A stretch of DNA of 64,000 nucleotides from Candidatus Sulfomarinibacteraceae bacterium (GCA_963796455.1 CAWCLO010000007.1:96001-160000), one strand, 5' to 3'; counted from the stretch's first letter, positions 20,192 to 29,888 are shown. The notes: a model not told the origin generated them from the letters alone. Made by a program: numbers and translations.

Positions 20192-21961
20192 TCAGTTCGC
20201 CTTTTCCTCCCGGTGCTCGATGATGTGGTGAGCATATGCCACGAGTTTGTCTTCGTCGACCGGCTTGCCGAGGTAGCCCTCCGGGGGAGCCACCGGACGG
20301 TCATAGATGACCTGCCGGAACTCGGGGTGTCCGGTGACGACGCAGACCGGGATTTCTTGTGTTTCAGGCGTATTGCGAAGTTCGACAAATGCCTCCACCC
20401 CGTCTTTGCCGGGCATCGAGAGGTCAAGGCTGATGAGATCGGGTTGGTGTTGCGTCGCCATGGCGATCGCTTCATCACCATCTTCCGCCGTAATGACCTC
20501 GGCCCCGGCGTCTTCAAAGACCGTCACCAGGAAGGTCCGCACATCTTCCTCATCGTCGACAACCAATATCTTGCGGCCGGCAAGGGGTTCGGGGGCCGCG
20601 ACCTTGGTCACCGCGATATCGCCAGGCCCCGGCGCCGCCGCCGGTGCTTTGCTTTCATCGAGGACCAGCGCATTGGCAACCAGATTCACGAGCTGTTTGA
20701 CCTCGCATCCCAGATCGTAGTGCTTGATCAGGTCGTTGAGACCATCGACACAGTTGTGACAGCTGGTGACCACCACCTTGGCTCCGGTGGCTCGAATCTG
20801 ATCGGCCTTGATCTTGGCCGACTCGAGGCGTTTGGGTGTGTACTCCGACATCGACATGGCGCCACCGCCACCGGTGCAACAGAAGCCCTCGGCCCGATTC
20901 GGGTACATCTCCTGAAAGTCCATCGAGACCATGCTCAGGAGCTCTCTGGGCTCCTCGTAGAAACCGCAGCTGCGGGCGTTGTTGCAGGAGTCGTGGAAGG
21001 TCATCTTTTCGGGGTTCCTGGTCGGGTCGACCTTGATCTTCCCCTCCTTGATGTACTTGAGCATCGTCATGACCGAGCTTTCCATCGGAACCGGTTCGCT
21101 TTCACCCGCCCAGTTCACACCCTCACAACGGGTCGAGCGATAACCGTGGCCGCACTCGGAGATCACGATCTTTTCGACACCGAGCTCACGTGCCTTGTCG
21201 TACTCCCGTTTTGCCGATGCGCCCCCGAGGCCGTCGTCGCCGGAAAAGAGACCGAAGTTCGTGTTGTCCCAGCCTTCCTCCGGCATGGTCCAATCCTCAC
21301 CCGCCGCCCAGAAGATCAGCGCCGCCTCTTTGATTGTCCGCGGGTCGTACTTCACCTCCCGCGGATTGATGCAGTACATGATCTTGGCGTCTTTCTTCTC
21401 GACCGGGATCGTGGCAGCGTCGTGGCCGAGGTCCTCTTCCAGCTCCTCCGACATCCACTCGATTGTGTCGAGATAGTCCTCCTTGAGGACGCCCATCTGG
21501 TTGCCGATCTCCCACTGGTCCTTGGAGACCACGCGCACGCCTTCGGGCATCACACCAACATGGGAGAGTAAACCACGCATGATCCGATTCAGGGTCGCGG
21601 TGTCGACCCCCATCGGACAACTCAGCGTGCAACGGCGACAGTTGGTGCAGGTGCCGAAGGAGATGTCCTTGAGGGTCTCGAGGTCGTCATCCGTCAGGGG
21701 GACCTTGTCGGCTCCGACCCACCAAGGAAAGACGCTTCCGGTCCAGTCGTGGTTGGCTTTGAAGAGTTTGCGCACCTGATCAGCCTTGTACGACGGAGTC
21801 ATCTTGTGATCGTCAGGAAAAGCCAGAACGTAGTGACACGCCTGGTCGCACATGCCGCAGTGGACGCAGCCGACGAGGGAACCCACCACCTGGCGGTTGA
21901 GCTTTCTTGCCAGCTGCTCTTCCATCATTTTGATTTTGTGGGTCTTTGTTTGTTTTGCCAT
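20192..21961 (-). CDS. HmcF/HdrD-like Fe-S oxidoreductase (2x[4Fe-4S] plus CCG domains) fused to a C-terminal receiver domain
   Basis: CVHCGMCDQAC, CTNCRRCTLSCP, ECGH, FHDSC, CCTGGGG, SCHNC; then ILVVDDEEDV...DLISLDLSMPGKDG. Confidence 0.9.
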   Translation of the reverse strand: MAKQTKTHKIKMMEEQLARKLNRQVVGSLVGCVHCGMCDQACHYVLAFPDDHKMTPSYKADQVRKLFKANHDWTGSVFPWWVGADKVPLTDDDLETLKDISFGTCTNCRRCTLSCPMGVDTATLNRIMRGLLSHVGVMPEGVRVVSKDQWEIGNQMGVLKEDYLDTIEWMSEELEEDLGHDAATIPVEKKDAKIMYCINPREVKYDPRTIKEAALIFWAAGEDWTMPEEGWDNTNFGLFSGDDGLGGASAKREYDKARELGVEKIVISECGHGYRSTRCEGVNWAGESEPVPMESSVMTMLKYIKEGKIKVDPTRNPEKMTFHDSCNNARSCGFYEEPRELLSMVSMDFQEMYPNRAEGFCCTGGGGAMSMSEYTPKRLESAKIKADQIRATGAKVVVTSCHNCVDGLNDLIKHYDLGCEVKQLVNLVANALVLDESKAPAAAPGPGDIAVTKVAAPEPLAGRKILVVDDEEDVRTFLVTVFEDAGAEVITAEDGDEAIAMATQHQPDLISLDLSMPGKDGVEAFVELRNTPETQEIPVCVVTGHPEFRQVIYDRPVAPPEGYLGKPVDEDKLVAYAHHIIEHREEKAN

Positions 21962-21969
21962 GAGAACTC

Positions 21970-22662
21970 CTAACCCCGAGAGATCGGGTAGCTGCCCCGA
22001 TGTCCGAGGGCGCGGCCGATATAGGTCCGAGTGAACGGGTAATACAGATAGTGAGAGATCTTGGAAAATGGGACGTAGAGCAGGAAGAAGCTCGTGAGGT
22101 AGAGGTAGGCGACCAGCAGAGTCTCACTGGTCATCCCCCACATCCCGGCCAAATAGGCCTGGGTCAAAACACCAAGGCCGAACCAGGCTGTGAGCATGAA
22201 GAGCGAGAAGTAGTCATCCGGCGTGCTGATGAGGCGCATCAATGGCCGCATCATCCGTCGCAGAATGCGATAGAGGGAGACGCCGAAGGCACCGATCAAA
22301 AGCGCCATCATGGTCCACACGACGGCCGGAATCCTCAAGAAATCAGGAGCGATCGTGCTGATGAAAGCCAACGTGATGCCCGCCACCACGCCGAGATGGA
22401 AGATCACGAAGCTGATATAGAAAACAAAACCTTTTGGTGAACGGGTGCTCTCCATCGACCACGGCATGGCGACGTTGAACAGGGCATACCGTGCGCCGCG
22501 CTCTTTGGTCGATTGTTCGACGTTTCCCGGCGCAGACTTGTCCTTTGCGAGATTGAAGGAAAGAAACCAACGAATCTTGAGGGTGTAGACGATTGCCATC
22601 ACAGCGAGAGCAATCCAGTGAACGATCTCTGCCGTGTGTAGAGCTGGGCTGATTTCGTGCAT
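21970..22662 (-). CDS. HmcE/NarI-like membrane (cytochrome b-type) subunit
   Basis: About 5 TM segments; FVIFHLG, ISTPDDYFS, YVPFSKISH. Confidence 0.8.
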   Translation of the reverse strand: MHEISPALHTAEIVHWIALAVMAIVYTLKIRWFLSFNLAKDKSAPGNVEQSTKERGARYALFNVAMPWSMESTRSPKGFVFYISFVIFHLGVVAGITLAFISTIAPDFLRIPAVVWTMMALLIGAFGVSLYRILRRMMRPLMRLISTPDDYFSLFMLTAWFGLGVLTQAYLAGMWGMTSETLLVAYLYLTSFFLLYVPFSKISHYLYYPFTRTYIGRALGHRGSYPISRG

Positions 22663-22663
22663 C

Positions 22664-23191
22664 TCAGGCTCCTTCCTCGATCTGGGCCTTGAAGGGGTTG
22701 AACTCACGCGGGTCCGGGACGGCGATGAGCACCTCTTCAACGGTGGCTCCATTGGCAAGATGGTTGGAGATGGTCTCCACCATCACCCGCGCACACAGAT
22801 CCATCGGCACCTGATAAATGCCCGTGCCGATCGGGGGGAAGGCGAGTTTTTTGACGCCCTTTTCTTCCGCAGCTGCGAGCGCCGCCTTGACGGTCAGCCG
22901 CAGCTTGCCCTCCTCGTCCTCCTCGCGAAACTTGGGACCGTTGGCGTGGATGATCCAGTCGGCCTTGAGAATTCCAGCCTCGGTCACAACCGCCTCGCCG
23001 GTCGGGCAACCGCCAATTTCGTCGAGCTGCTTTTGAATCACGATCCCGCCCCGCTGCTGAATGGCGGCACCATAGCCGGAGCCAAGCTTGACATCCTCGG
23101 TGATGTCGAAGACAAACGCTTCGACATCCATCAGGGTGATGTCTTCTTGAACCAGCCGCAAAGCCTTGTCACCGATTTTCCGCTCCACCAT
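22664..23191 (-). CDS. Macro domain protein (divergent)
   Basis: LVQEDIT...GEAVVTEAGILKADWIIHANGP...LAFPPIGTGIY. Confidence 0.9.
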   Translation of the reverse strand: MVERKIGDKALRLVQEDITLMDVEAFVFDITEDVKLGSGYGAAIQQRGGIVIQKQLDEIGGCPTGEAVVTEAGILKADWIIHANGPKFREEDEEGKLRLTVKAALAAAEEKGVKKLAFPPIGTGIYQVPMDLCARVMVETISNHLANGATVEEVLIAVPDPREFNPFKAQIEEGA

Positions 23192-23220
23192 TTTCTCGTC
23201 CTCCCGATTACCGGATTCGA

Positions 23221-23691
23221 TTAAATTTCTCCACAGCCGACACCTTCCAGCTGCGTATAAAAGTCTTTGGCCGTCTCGCGCAACCATTGGGGATCTGCGA
23301 GATCTGCGAGACTGAACTCGTCGAGCACCTCACCGATACGACGGTTGATCATCGTGTAGACCACCCGGCACTCGCAGTACTCGGCACGCAGGCAGGCCTC
23401 CGGTTCGTCGATGCAATCGACGACGCAAACCGGTCCGATGGTCGCCTCGATGATCTGGCGGATGGAGATCTCTTTGGCTCCTTGAGCCAACTTGTAACCG
23501 CCGTGACGTCCGGCGACGCCGCGCACCAGACGGGCGCTGCGAAGGGCGATCGCCACCTGCTCGAGGTAACCGTGCGAGATCCCGGTTCGTTGCGAAACCG
23601 AGGCCAGGCTGACCGGTTTGTTCTCGCCGTTGTGGCGAGCAATATCGAGCATCATCCGAAGGGCGTAACGGCCACGGGTCGAGATCTTCAT
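23221..23691 (-). CDS. Rrf2 family (IscR-like, Cys-containing) regulator
   Basis: MKISTRGRYALRMMLDIA...YLEQ...GGYKLA; CVVDC...ACLRAEYC. Confidence 0.95.
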   Translation of the reverse strand: MKISTRGRYALRMMLDIARHNGENKPVSLASVSQRTGISHGYLEQVAIALRSARLVRGVAGRHGGYKLAQGAKEISIRQIIEATIGPVCVVDCIDEPEACLRAEYCECRVVYTMINRRIGEVLDEFSLADLADPQWLRETAKDFYTQLEGVGCGEI

Positions 23692-23700
23692 CGCCTGAAA

Positions 23701-23738
23701 AACATATTCCCTATATTCACACCTGTCAACTAGGAATT
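23701..23738 (-). promoter_or_regulatory. Sigma70 promoter TTGACA-N17-TATGTT of rrf2 with overlapping inverted repeat
   Basis: Minus strand ATTCCTAG-TTGACA-GGTGTGAATATAGGGAA-TATGTT, 9 nt before the ATG; ATTCC(C)TA/TAGG(G)AAT arms. Confidence 0.65.
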
Positions 23739-23848
23739 ACAAAATACATAGTTGATCTCAATCTCAAATCTCATATTCGTTGCTGTGTTTGGTCAGGGGT
23801 GTTATTTTGTTCTAGGAAACAGGACCGTCAGGTCCCTTGGGAGGAAGA

Positions 23849-24265
23849 ATGGAACCCAAGACCGCATTACTCATCGACGACGAGCCCGATATCACTACCT
23901 ATTTCGGGACGTTGCTGAGCGACAACGGATGGAACGTACGGACGTCCAACGACCCGAATGAGGGAATCACAATGGCCCAGGAGGCACCGCCGGACATCGT
24001 GCTTCTGGATGTGATGATGCCCGAACGTGGCGGCCTGAGCACGCTCATCGCCCTTCGCAAGGATGAACGAACCGCTAAGATCCCGGTAGTTCTGGTCACG
24101 GGTATCCAGGAGTCGCTCAAATCCGATTTCGGTGATTTTCTCGAGCGTTTCAAGAAGTACCACCCCGATGCTTACCTCCAGAAGCCGGTCGACGAAGCGG
24201 AACTGCTTCAGACCCTGGCGGAGGTCGTGAGCCGAAGCGGCCACGAAGCAGCCTCACCGGCGTAG
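23849..24265 (+). CDS. Single-domain response regulator
   Basis: LLIDDEPD...PDIVLLDVMMPERGG...LVTG...QKPVD. Confidence 0.92.
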   Translation: MEPKTALLIDDEPDITTYFGTLLSDNGWNVRTSNDPNEGITMAQEAPPDIVLLDVMMPERGGLSTLIALRKDERTAKIPVVLVTGIQESLKSDFGDFLERFKKYHPDAYLQKPVDEAELLQTLAEVVSRSGHEAASPA

Positions 24266-24804
24266 TCGACTCCGATTCGAGGCAGACGACGAACCTGATC
24301 GTCATCGAATCGAAAGCCGTCGTCGTGGATCCGAAGAGACGATGATGATGCGCACAGATCGATCGCGTCATCGGCGCGCGAGATTTCAAGCGCCTTGCAG
24401 AGCTTGCCGGGACCGTCAGTCAGCGATCCCCGGCTGACCTTCGGCCCGCGCCTGCACCGGGCGAGCTCTCGACCGGCAATCAGCTCGCCACCGCGGATCA
24501 GCACCGCTTCAGGATGACCGGGAGCAACGGTCACGACGTTGAAACAATTGTGCAGCCCGTAGATGAGATACACGTACGAGAACCCGGCTTGACCCCACAT
24601 CGTCTCGGTGCGCCGGGTCCGGCGCCCGGCAAAGGTATGGCACGCTGGATCGCCCACCCCGAGGTAGGCCTCCACATCAGTCAGTCGCAGCGCCACTGAA
24701 CCGGCCGGATGATCACGGATCACCACCTTGCCGAGGAGGTCCCTGGCGACCTCCTCGGTTGCGCGCTGATAGAATTCTCGTGCAAGAACTGGAGGATTCG
24801 TCAT
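24208..24804 (-). CDS. DNA-3-methyladenine glycosylase (MPG/AAG type)
   Basis: VARDLLGK...VEAYLG..DPACH...YVYLIYGLH...AVLIR...GPGKLC...RIGV. Confidence 0.92.
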   Translation of the reverse strand: MTNPPVLAREFYQRATEEVARDLLGKVVIRDHPAGSVALRLTDVEAYLGVGDPACHTFAGRRTRRTETMWGQAGFSYVYLIYGLHNCFNVVTVAPGHPEAVLIRGGELIAGRELARCRRGPKVSRGSLTDGPGKLCKALEISRADDAIDLCASSSSLRIHDDGFRFDDDQVRRLPRIGVDYAGEAASWPLRLTTSARV

Positions 24805-25729
24805 GTCGTCGACCATTTGTGTCACCGGGGGCGCTGGATTTATTGGCAGCCATGTGGCCAAGGCTCTGGTGTCCGCCGGCCAGCAGGTCTTGATTGTGGA
24901 CGACCTGTCTTCAGGCCGCAAGGACAAGGTGCCCGATGGGGCCGAGCTTGCCGTGCTCGACATACGCTCGAAGGAAGCCGCCCAGCTGCTGGTCGACCGA
25001 AAGGTCGAGATCCTGGTCCACCATGCCGCGCAGATGGATGTCCGACGATCGGTCGAGGACCCCGCATTCGACGCTGACGTCAATTTGATCGGGTTGCTCA
25101 ATCTCCTGGAGGGAGGGCGCCGGGGTGCGCTCCGGCAGGTGATCTTTGCCTCGACCGGGGGAGCGATCTATGGCGAACAGGACGTCTTTCCGGCTGATGA
25201 GAACCACCCTGTCCGACCGCTTTCACCCTATGGCGTCGCCAAACTCGCCTCTGAACGTTATCTCTACTTCTATCACTGCCAGTATGGGCTCGAAGCGACC
25301 TGCCTGCGCTATGCAAATGTCTACGGTCCGGGCCAGAATCCCCACGGTGAAGCCGGCGTCGTCGCCATATTCAGCCGTCGTCTTCTCGACGCCGAATCGG
25401 TCGTCATCAACGGCGATGGTCTGCAGACTCGCGACTACGTCTTCGTCGACGACGTCGTTCGTGCCAATCTCGCCGCTCTGGGTCGGCCCGGTTTTGCGAT
25501 TTTCAATGTCGGTACGGGCATCGAGACCGATGTCAACACGCTTTTCAACCTGATCGCCGAATCTGCGGAATACGATGAGGCCCCCCAGCACGGGCCCGGG
25601 ATGCCCGGTGAACAGCGTCGCTCCTGTATTTCGTCTGATCTTCTGCTCGAAGAGTTGAGCGTGGCGGTCGATACGCCTCTCACCGAGGGGATTCCGGCGA
25701 CGGTGCAGTGGTTCATGCATCACTCTTGA
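24803..25729 (+). CDS. NAD-dependent epimerase/dehydratase (UDP-glucose 4-epimerase-like)
   Basis: VTGGAGFIGSH, HHAAQ, STGGAIYG, YGVAK, RYANVYGP. Confidence 0.93.
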   Translation: MSSTICVTGGAGFIGSHVAKALVSAGQQVLIVDDLSSGRKDKVPDGAELAVLDIRSKEAAQLLVDRKVEILVHHAAQMDVRRSVEDPAFDADVNLIGLLNLLEGGRRGALRQVIFASTGGAIYGEQDVFPADENHPVRPLSPYGVAKLASERYLYFYHCQYGLEATCLRYANVYGPGQNPHGEAGVVAIFSRRLLDAESVVINGDGLQTRDYVFVDDVVRANLAALGRPGFAIFNVGTGIETDVNTLFNLIAESAEYDEAPQHGPGMPGEQRRSCISSDLLLEELSVAVDTPLTEGIPATVQWFMHHS

Positions 25730-25801
25730 CAATGTCACGGTGGCGAGGCACAGTTCGCCGGTGACCGCGCCGGTCAGGCACCGGCCCCATTTGGAGGAGT
25801 C

Positions 25802-26272
25802 ATGGCAATCGATCTCGATTTTTCGAAACTGAGCGGATCAGACACCCTGGATATGGCGATCGCAATTGAAGACGAAGCGCAGATCTACTACGAGCAACTC
25901 GCTGAGTGGGTCGGCCCTGACAAGACCGACGTCGCCGATTTCTTCAGCCGGATGGCGGTGCGCGAAAAGCGACACAAGGATCAGATCATGGTCCAGCGCG
26001 AGCGGCTTTACGGCGATTCGAAAAAGAGCCATGCCGACAAGGTCTCATGGGCCGTGGAGATGCCTGACATCTACAAGATGCCGGATGATGTGACTTTGGA
26101 AAAGGCCTTCCACATCGCGATGGACGCGGAGACCCGCGCCCACGATTTTTATGCCGGCGCCCTCGAGTATGTAACCGACGAAAAAACCAGTGAACTCTTT
26201 GAAGGCCTCCGCCAGGCCGAAGCCGAGCATCAACGGCTGCTCGAGGAAGAGATGCACCGCTTCCTCGACTGA
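25802..26272 (+). CDS. Rubrerythrin/ferritin-like diiron protein
   Basis: Duplicated E..E-x2-H motifs (EKRH, EAEH). Confidence 0.85.
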   Translation: MAIDLDFSKLSGSDTLDMAIAIEDEAQIYYEQLAEWVGPDKTDVADFFSRMAVREKRHKDQIMVQRERLYGDSKKSHADKVSWAVEMPDIYKMPDDVTLEKAFHIAMDAETRAHDFYAGALEYVTDEKTSELFEGLRQAEAEHQRLLEEEMHRFLD

Positions 26273-26326
26273 GCAGCAGAAACTGACTCCGATTTCAGAA
26301 CGTCATCGACCGACCGCGCAGAGCGG

Positions 26327-27691
26327 TCAGGGACCCATCGTCCAGTCTCCCGGTCCGCCGGACTCAAAACCCTCGTCCAGGATGTAGTCGTTTTCTGCCG
26401 CATAGAGCGGCACCAGATCCGGTCCGTTGACCACCCCGAGCGGCGAGTAGTCGCTATAGCCCGGAAAGACGATGCCGAGCCGGTTGTTGCCCATCCGCCG
26501 GATCAAGATCTCCGACAGGACCCGTCTGAAGTCGGTTGTCACCGCAAGATCGGCGCCGTCAAAGAGCTGTCCCTGAGCGAGACCCGGCCATGCGCCGTGG
26601 ATCCCGCCGGTCCCGTTGCCGGACATGACCATCATCAGATTGCCATGCCCGTGATCCGATCCGCGATCCGCATTCTGAACGAGGCGGCGACCGAACTCGC
26701 TCTGCACCACCACCGTGAGCCGTTGCGTGTAGTTGTTCGGACCGGACCCGTCAAGATCGGTGTAGAGGGCCGCAAGACCTTGCGCGAGCGTCCCGAGCAG
26801 TCCCGCAAAATATCCCCCCGATCCGTCGCCCTGCCCGTTGTGGGTGTCCCACCCGCCAAGATCGAGCGCCGCCACCCGCAGCCCGAGGTCGAGTTTCTTC
26901 ATCTGTGCCACGACTTCGAGGGCATCACCGAATGAATTGTTCGGGTACACAGCTCCATTTGCCGGGGTGTAGCTGCCAGAGGTATTGAGCTCGATGATAT
27001 CCATGGCGTCAAGGGCCTGCAGACCCGACTGGTGCAACCAACTGTCGTCAGCCGTGTAGAACTGCCGCAGCGCGAGACGCTGAGCGTCCCGCCAATACGA
27101 GGGGCCCACATCGAGATTGAACCGATTGACTCCCGAGACGTTGATGGTATTTCGATCACCAAACAGGGAGGTGACCTGGGTCGATCCCACCGAAAGCGAC
27201 GGCATGACGATGTTGTCCGGCAGGTTTGTGGCCGAGGCCAGGTGACGAGCCAGCCACCCGGTGGGAGTCGTTTTGATCCCCGGGGTCCCGCGTTCGATGA
27301 ACTCCATGGCATCGAAATGGCTCCGGTTGGCCTCATCGAGCCCGGCCGCCACCACGAAACCGAACTTGCCGTCCTGATACAGCGGGTGAATCGGCGCCAT
27401 GGCCGGGTGCAGACCGAGTTGGTTGTTGAGGTTGATGGCGCTGCCGGAACCGCTCACCGGCACCTTCAGATCGGGACGGGCCGACTCGTAGTAGCCACGA
27501 TCCGAGCCGTCTCGAGGCATCACGACGTTGAGACCGTCCATGCCGCCGCGAAGAAAGACCACCACAAGGGTTTCCTGGTTGAATCCGCTTCCGGGCTCCG
27601 CGAAAGCGAGACTGGTGAATCGCGTGCCTGCGAGACCCGCAATGGCGGCCGAACATCCGGTAATAAATCCACGCCGAGTTGTTCCAGACAT
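26327..27691 (-). CDS. DUF1501 domain protein (Tat-like signal)
   Basis: TTRRGFI; VVVFLRGGMDGL, RSHFDA, GGWDTH, SEFGRR, DHGHG, DFRRV. Confidence 0.9.
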   Translation of the reverse strand: MSGTTRRGFITGCSAAIAGLAGTRFTSLAFAEPGSGFNQETLVVVFLRGGMDGLNVVMPRDGSDRGYYESARPDLKVPVSGSGSAINLNNQLGLHPAMAPIHPLYQDGKFGFVVAAGLDEANRSHFDAMEFIERGTPGIKTTPTGWLARHLASATNLPDNIVMPSLSVGSTQVTSLFGDRNTINVSGVNRFNLDVGPSYWRDAQRLALRQFYTADDSWLHQSGLQALDAMDIIELNTSGSYTPANGAVYPNNSFGDALEVVAQMKKLDLGLRVAALDLGGWDTHNGQGDGSGGYFAGLLGTLAQGLAALYTDLDGSGPNNYTQRLTVVVQSEFGRRLVQNADRGSDHGHGNLMMVMSGNGTGGIHGAWPGLAQGQLFDGADLAVTTDFRRVLSEILIRRMGNNRLGIVFPGYSDYSPLGVVNGPDLVPLYAAENDYILDEGFESGGPGDWTMGP

Positions 27692-27693
27692 AC

Positions 27694-29382
27694 TCACCTC
27701 CAGAGAAAGCTCGGCGACATGAAAATCAAGGCGACCATCGCGCGCAGCCGTTCCTGCGTTGCCCAATCGTTGTCTACCGGCAAATCAAAGTTCGGGTTGT
27801 GGCCCTGGGCCATGAAATTGACCAATTCCGTGCGATCAGCCGCCGGCATCGGCCGTACCAACACCCTGTTGATCCAATAATCGACCATCTCGTTGGCAGT
27901 TCGAATGTCTCCGGGAGTTCCTTCCAGAATCCCCAGAAGATGGACGTCGTTTCCGTCCTCCACATCGGCAAGCCAGTTGCACAGCCGCCACAGAAAGACC
28001 CTCGGCGTCGCGCTCTGCCAGTCTTCCTTGTAATCGGAGTATCCATTCGGGGCACGCCAATTGAAAAGCGGCTGCCCCCCCTGGTCGTAGTACCAGAGGA
28101 AATCGTTGGTACGGTTGTCGTCCAGCCTCCAGTTGAACTTGTCCGGGACACCACGCATCATGCCCACGGCAATCTCGAAGGGTCGCTTGATTTTTTCTCC
28201 CCAGGTATTCAGAAACTCGTCGGAGAGCAGAATCGTACGCACCACCTCCGCCAACTGATCGGAGTCGTTCTTTTTCGCCTCGAACACTACGGCGGCCGCG
28301 TCGATGACAGCCTGCGGTGGGTCGTCGGAGATCAACCGGCGGCAGAGTTTGCCGGCGATGTGGCGCGCGGTTCCCGGGTGTTCGGCGAGTCGCCGCAAAA
28401 CCTCCTGGCCATCCGCCAGATCAGCCTGGTTGGCCGGGATCCAATCCCCGAGGACATACTTCTGCCACTTGTCGTGGTCTTCGCCGTCGTAATCGAAAAG
28501 CCCGGTATCAAAATCGAAGGACCAACCGGTAAAGCAACGGGTGATTTCAAAGACATCATCGTCGACATAACCTATCGGCCGTCCCGACCCATCTGTCTCC
28601 ACGTCCCCCTGTCTCCGGACACCGAGGTAGTTCTCGGAGCCGAGAGTGTGCAACTCACACAGCTCGCGAGCCCAGTTCTCGTTCGGGCCCGCCGCCGTCG
28701 ACGTGTAGTTGTCGAGGTAATAGAGCATGCATGGGCTGGCAGCGACGGCGTTGACCATCTCACCGAAGTTTCCGAGCATATTGCCGCGGATGACGTCGCG
28801 GTCCCAATGGGTGAAAAGCGGGCCAATCCAGGAATTCCAACCATAAACGTTGAAATGGTTGTGCCAGAAGTCCGCCAGCACTTCCACGAGTTGGCGCTTG
28901 CTGTGAATCGCCCGCAGAAAGGAGAGCCGTTCGATTTCGTAGACCGGCCTCATCCGTTCGCTCCAGCTGACATCCGCTTCGACATGGTCCTGCCAGAGCT
29001 GGGCCTGGGATTTTCCGAGGGAGGTGAATCCAGCCGCGGCAATCTTCGCATCACACGCCGAGTCGTCGATCGCCCCCGGATTGAGCTGCTGGGCGACATA
29101 CGCGGCTTGTCGTTCCTGTTCCGTGGCGCCAAGTGTCCTGTAGGCCTCGACGTCGCCGTGACGCGGACCGAATGCCATACGGTTGAGCGCGATGATCCCG
29201 GCCTCCGGCGGCGGCTCCACCGCTTTGGGGCGGCCTGGGCTGCGGATGGCCCATGGCGTCCTCATCGCCGAAGCGCGCCCGATTATTTTTCTTGGGCGGC
29301 TTTCAGAAGAAATCTCATCGATCCCGGAATCGATGGGTTGGCGCGCCCTTTTCAAGAGTTCTCGACGGTTGATCGTGGACAT
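27694..29382 (-). CDS. DUF1800 domain protein
   Basis: LNRMAFGP, DFWHNHFNV, MLYYLDN, PNENWARELCELHTLG, KIKRPFE. Confidence 0.92.
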   Translation of the reverse strand: MSTINRRELLKRARQPIDSGIDEISSESRPRKIIGRASAMRTPWAIRSPGRPKAVEPPPEAGIIALNRMAFGPRHGDVEAYRTLGATEQERQAAYVAQQLNPGAIDDSACDAKIAAAGFTSLGKSQAQLWQDHVEADVSWSERMRPVYEIERLSFLRAIHSKRQLVEVLADFWHNHFNVYGWNSWIGPLFTHWDRDVIRGNMLGNFGEMVNAVAASPCMLYYLDNYTSTAAGPNENWARELCELHTLGSENYLGVRRQGDVETDGSGRPIGYVDDDVFEITRCFTGWSFDFDTGLFDYDGEDHDKWQKYVLGDWIPANQADLADGQEVLRRLAEHPGTARHIAGKLCRRLISDDPPQAVIDAAAVVFEAKKNDSDQLAEVVRTILLSDEFLNTWGEKIKRPFEIAVGMMRGVPDKFNWRLDDNRTNDFLWYYDQGGQPLFNWRAPNGYSDYKEDWQSATPRVFLWRLCNWLADVEDGNDVHLLGILEGTPGDIRTANEMVDYWINRVLVRPMPAADRTELVNFMAQGHNPNFDLPVDNDWATQERLRAMVALIFMSPSFLWR

Positions 29383-29652
29383 GCCCTCGGTACGATTCAT
29401 CTTTGCCACCTCCACCACACGCCCCTTGCCGCTCGCTCCCGGCGGCACGGTTCTGTTTGTGATCAGACCGCTTCAAGGTAGCGGAAACTCGTGATGCCCA
29501 AACGTGTGCTAGATCACATATACTGGTAATGATTCCTGATTTTAACGAAGCGTTAACACGGGGCTTGGGGCTTCAAGGGATCGATCTCACTTCTGAGCAT
29601 GTCCAACCTCAGTTCTGAATCCAAAAGCCGGCATGAACGGGCCTCGGACATA

Positions 29653-29888
29653 ACGGAGAAACCGCAGATCACGCAGATGAACGCAGATCAAATCGGGCCC
29701 GGCAATCGGCGTCTATCTGCGCTATCTACGGTTGCCAGCGCGGATGGGCGGGCAGGAAAAAACTTCAGGCCTCAAAACCGACTCTCCGTGGCGTCTGTGG
29801 CTTTTCCTCCCCCAAAAAACCGTTCTCCCCTGCGCCTTGCCGTGCCTCCAGATTCGGGTTCGGGATCGGGAACGGGAACGGGATCGGA
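29653..29888. repeat. Family D inverted 9-mer repeat plus hexamer repeats
   Basis: ACGGAGAAACCGCAGATCACGCAGATGAACGCAGAT...ATCTGCGCTATCTACGGTT; (CGGGAW)n near 29855-29888. Confidence 0.65.
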
